Shown: piece after piece, positions 62,384-64,000 of the stretch
Layout: every line of letters begins with the position of its first letter
Numbering within the stretch: the first letter of the stretch is position 1
Source of the DNA: an uncultured Methanomassiliicoccales archaeon
Lineage (GTDB): Archaea > Thermoplasmatota > Thermoplasmata > RBG-16-68-12 > EA-27
NCBI GenBank assembly: GCA_964396265.1
Contig: CAYNEM010000006.1
Location: forward strand, 60,789 to 124,788
DNA length: 64,000 nucleotides
Reading direction: 5' to 3'
The notes under the pieces: generated by a model
The model's input: the letters and a program-made list of their open reading frames with translations, nothing else
Databases searched by the model: none
What the model was told of the DNA's origin: nothing
Made by a program: the position numbers and the translations under genes

Positions 62384-63622
62384 TCAGGCGAAGATCTCCT
62401 TCACCTTCAGAAGCGCCGCCACGAGCCGGTCCACGTCGTCGGCCTCGTTGTACACGTAGAACGACGCGCGTGACGTCGCCGGGACGCCGAGCCTCTCCAT
62501 CAGGGGCTGGGCGCAGTGGTGGCCCGATCGAATCGCGACCCCCTCCACGTCGAGGATCGACGCAACGTCGTGGGCGTGCGCGCCCTCGAGCAGGAAGCTG
62601 ATCACGCCGCCCCGGATCTTCACGTCCTCGGGACCGAACCCGCGGAATCCCGGGACGCGGCGGAGCTCGTCGAGCGCGTACTCCGTGAGCTCCATCTCGT
62701 GGCGCCGCACGTTCTCCATCCCGAGGTCCATCAGGTACTCCGCGGCGGTGCCCAGGCCGACGGAACCCTCGATGTTCATCGTGCCCGCCTCGAATTTGTA
62801 CGGCACGTCGTTCCACTTCGCCCATCCCTTGTGGACCTCGCGGATCATCTCGCCGCCGCCAAGGAACGGCTCCATCCGTTCGAGCACCTCGCGCTTCCCA
62901 TAGAGGAGGCCGCTCCCCGTCGGCCCCAGCATCTTGTGGCCGGAGACCGTGTAGAAGTCGCAGTCCATCGCCTGCACATCGACGGGCATGTGCGGGGCGC
63001 CCTGCGCGCCGTCCACGACGCAGATCGCACCGACCTCGTGCGCGCGCTTCGCGATCTCCCTTATCGGGTTGATCGTGCCGAGCACGTTCGAGACGTGCGT
63101 CACGGTCACAATCTTCGTGTTCTCCGTCACGAGGTCGTCGTACTGCTCCATGCGGAGGGTGCCGTCGTCGTGGATGTCCACCCACTTGAGCGTCACGCCC
63201 TTGTGATCCTGCACGAAGTACCACGGGATCGTGTTCGAGTGGTGCTCCATGATCGTTGTCACGATCTCGTCGCCCTTCTTCAGCGGCCCCCGGATACCCC
63301 ACGAGTACGCGACCGCGTTGATCGACTCCGTCGTGCCGCGCGTGAACACGATCTCGCTCGCGTCCTTCGCGTGGAGGAACTTCGCGAGCGTCTCCCGCGC
63401 GCCCTCGTACGCCCTCGTGGCCTCCTCGCTGAGTTCGTACACGCCGCGATGCACGTTCGCGTTGATTCGCGTATAGTAGTCCTCGATCGCCTTGATGACC
63501 TGCATCGGCTTCTGGCTGGTGGCCCCGCTGTCCAGGTACACGAGGGACTTGCCGTGCGGCATCCTCTTCAAGATCGGGAAGTCATCCTTGACCTTGAGGG
63601 CGTGAACCGACTTCGTCGCCAT
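62384..63622 (-). CDS. sufS: cysteine desulfurase (class V aminotransferase, SufS/CsdA-type)
   Basis: 412 aa from ATG 63622. PLP-lysine motif SGHKMLGPTGSG and catalytic Cys loop RSGHHCAQP. Confidence 0.9.
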   Translation of the reverse strand: MATKSVHALKVKDDFPILKRMPHGKSLVYLDSGATSQKPMQVIKAIEDYYTRINANVHRGVYELSEEATRAYEGARETLAKFLHAKDASEIVFTRGTTESINAVAYSWGIRGPLKKGDEIVTTIMEHHSNTIPWYFVQDHKGVTLKWVDIHDDGTLRMEQYDDLVTENTKIVTVTHVSNVLGTINPIREIAKRAHEVGAICVVDGAQGAPHMPVDVQAMDCDFYTVSGHKMLGPTGSGLLYGKREVLERMEPFLGGGEMIREVHKGWAKWNDVPYKFEAGTMNIEGSVGLGTAAEYLMDLGMENVRRHEMELTEYALDELRRVPGFRGFGPEDVKIRGGVISFLLEGAHAHDVASILDVEGVAIRSGHHCAQPLMERLGVPATSRASFYVYNEADDVDRLVAALLKVKEIFA

Positions 63623-63651
63623 GGGAATCGCAGGGAAAAGGCGGTGCGTAC

Positions 63652-63999
63652 TTAAGTGATTGGCGGCACCGCGCTCCCCCGACGCGGCCCATCCGGCACG
63701 TCCACGTACACGATCCCGTCCTCGACAGACACGGGATACTTCGGCAGGGGGTCCGTTGCAGGCGGAGAAATGGCTTCCCCTGTCCGCACCTCGAATTGCG
63801 ACAGGTGAAGTGCGCACGTAACGAACTCCCCGCGGAAGAACCCTTTATCCAGCTCGGAGTACGCGTGCGAACAGATACCGGAGAGCGCGTGGAACTCGCC
63901 GTCGAGATTCACGACGATGATCCTCCGTCCCAACACGTCGAATCCTTTCATCGTGCCCGGCGGCACGTCCGCCTCTTGCGCGATCGCGACGCGCGTCAT
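63652..63999 (-). CDS. Rieske [2Fe-2S] domain protein
   Basis: CSHAYSELDKG and CALH Rieske ligand boxes. 115 aa; the start sits at the window edge. Confidence 0.75.
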   Translation of the reverse strand: MTRVAIAQEADVPPGTMKGFDVLGRRIIVVNLDGEFHALSGICSHAYSELDKGFFRGEFVTCALHLSQFEVRTGEAISPPATDPLPKYPVSVEDGIVYVDVPDGPRRGSAVPPIT

Positions 64000-64000
64000 C

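Noticed and set aside
1-64000. CRISPR arrays, rRNA genes, additional tRNAs
   Set aside because: No regularly spaced identical direct repeats or rRNA-like conserved blocks were seen on reading. Only one tRNA-like cloverleaf (58232-58315) was found by eye. A tRNAscan or Infernal run would be needed to be exhaustive.

Overview
This window is high-GC (about 65-68 %) archaeal chromosomal DNA. The gene content points to Euryarchaeota/Thermoplasmatota: class-II HMG-CoA reductase, RFC large subunit, Taw1, NcsA/TtuA, aRNase J, Nog1, a JAMM protease and a class-III-signal pilin, and many upstream regions look leaderless with a TATA box. I support about 50 protein genes and one tRNA-Ser(GCU). I found no rRNA and no CRISPR array.

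The window has three parts:
- 1-17000: housekeeping genes, including serS 3' end, purB, ATP-dependent DNA ligase, AlkD-like repair protein, purA, NcsA, MarC, pdxS, Nog1, Taw1 and rfcL.
- About 17100-22000: a low-GC accessory island. It holds two adjacent serine-recombinase genes, a duplicated 5' fragment of the recombinase gene, two toxin-antitoxin pairs (UPF0175-PIN and AbrB-VapC), an orphan UPF0175 protein and two paralogous about 45-aa ORFs. Palindromic motifs (GACTAGTC, GATTCAAGCTTGAATC) sit on both sides of the recombinase genes.
- 22000-56000: a secretome region. It contains a pilin, a wHTH-NB-ARC-TPR STAND ATPase, a PKD-repeat surface protein, a poly-Asp alpha/beta-hydrolase-like protein, a 1348-aa beta-propeller-CARDB-TM-double-wHTH membrane regulator, a TolB/PKD protein with a His/Asp-rich tract, and two divergently transcribed giant S8 subtilase-domain proteins of 2331 and 1793 aa.

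Other items worth a look are a secreted protein made of seven novel about 49-aa repeats with an AHC-x-D-x-x-C motif, a degenerate palindromic repeat array at 26580-26950, and a divergent pair of Ras-like GTPases flanking the tRNA-Ser. All calls rest on reading the six-frame translations for motifs; I could run no searches.
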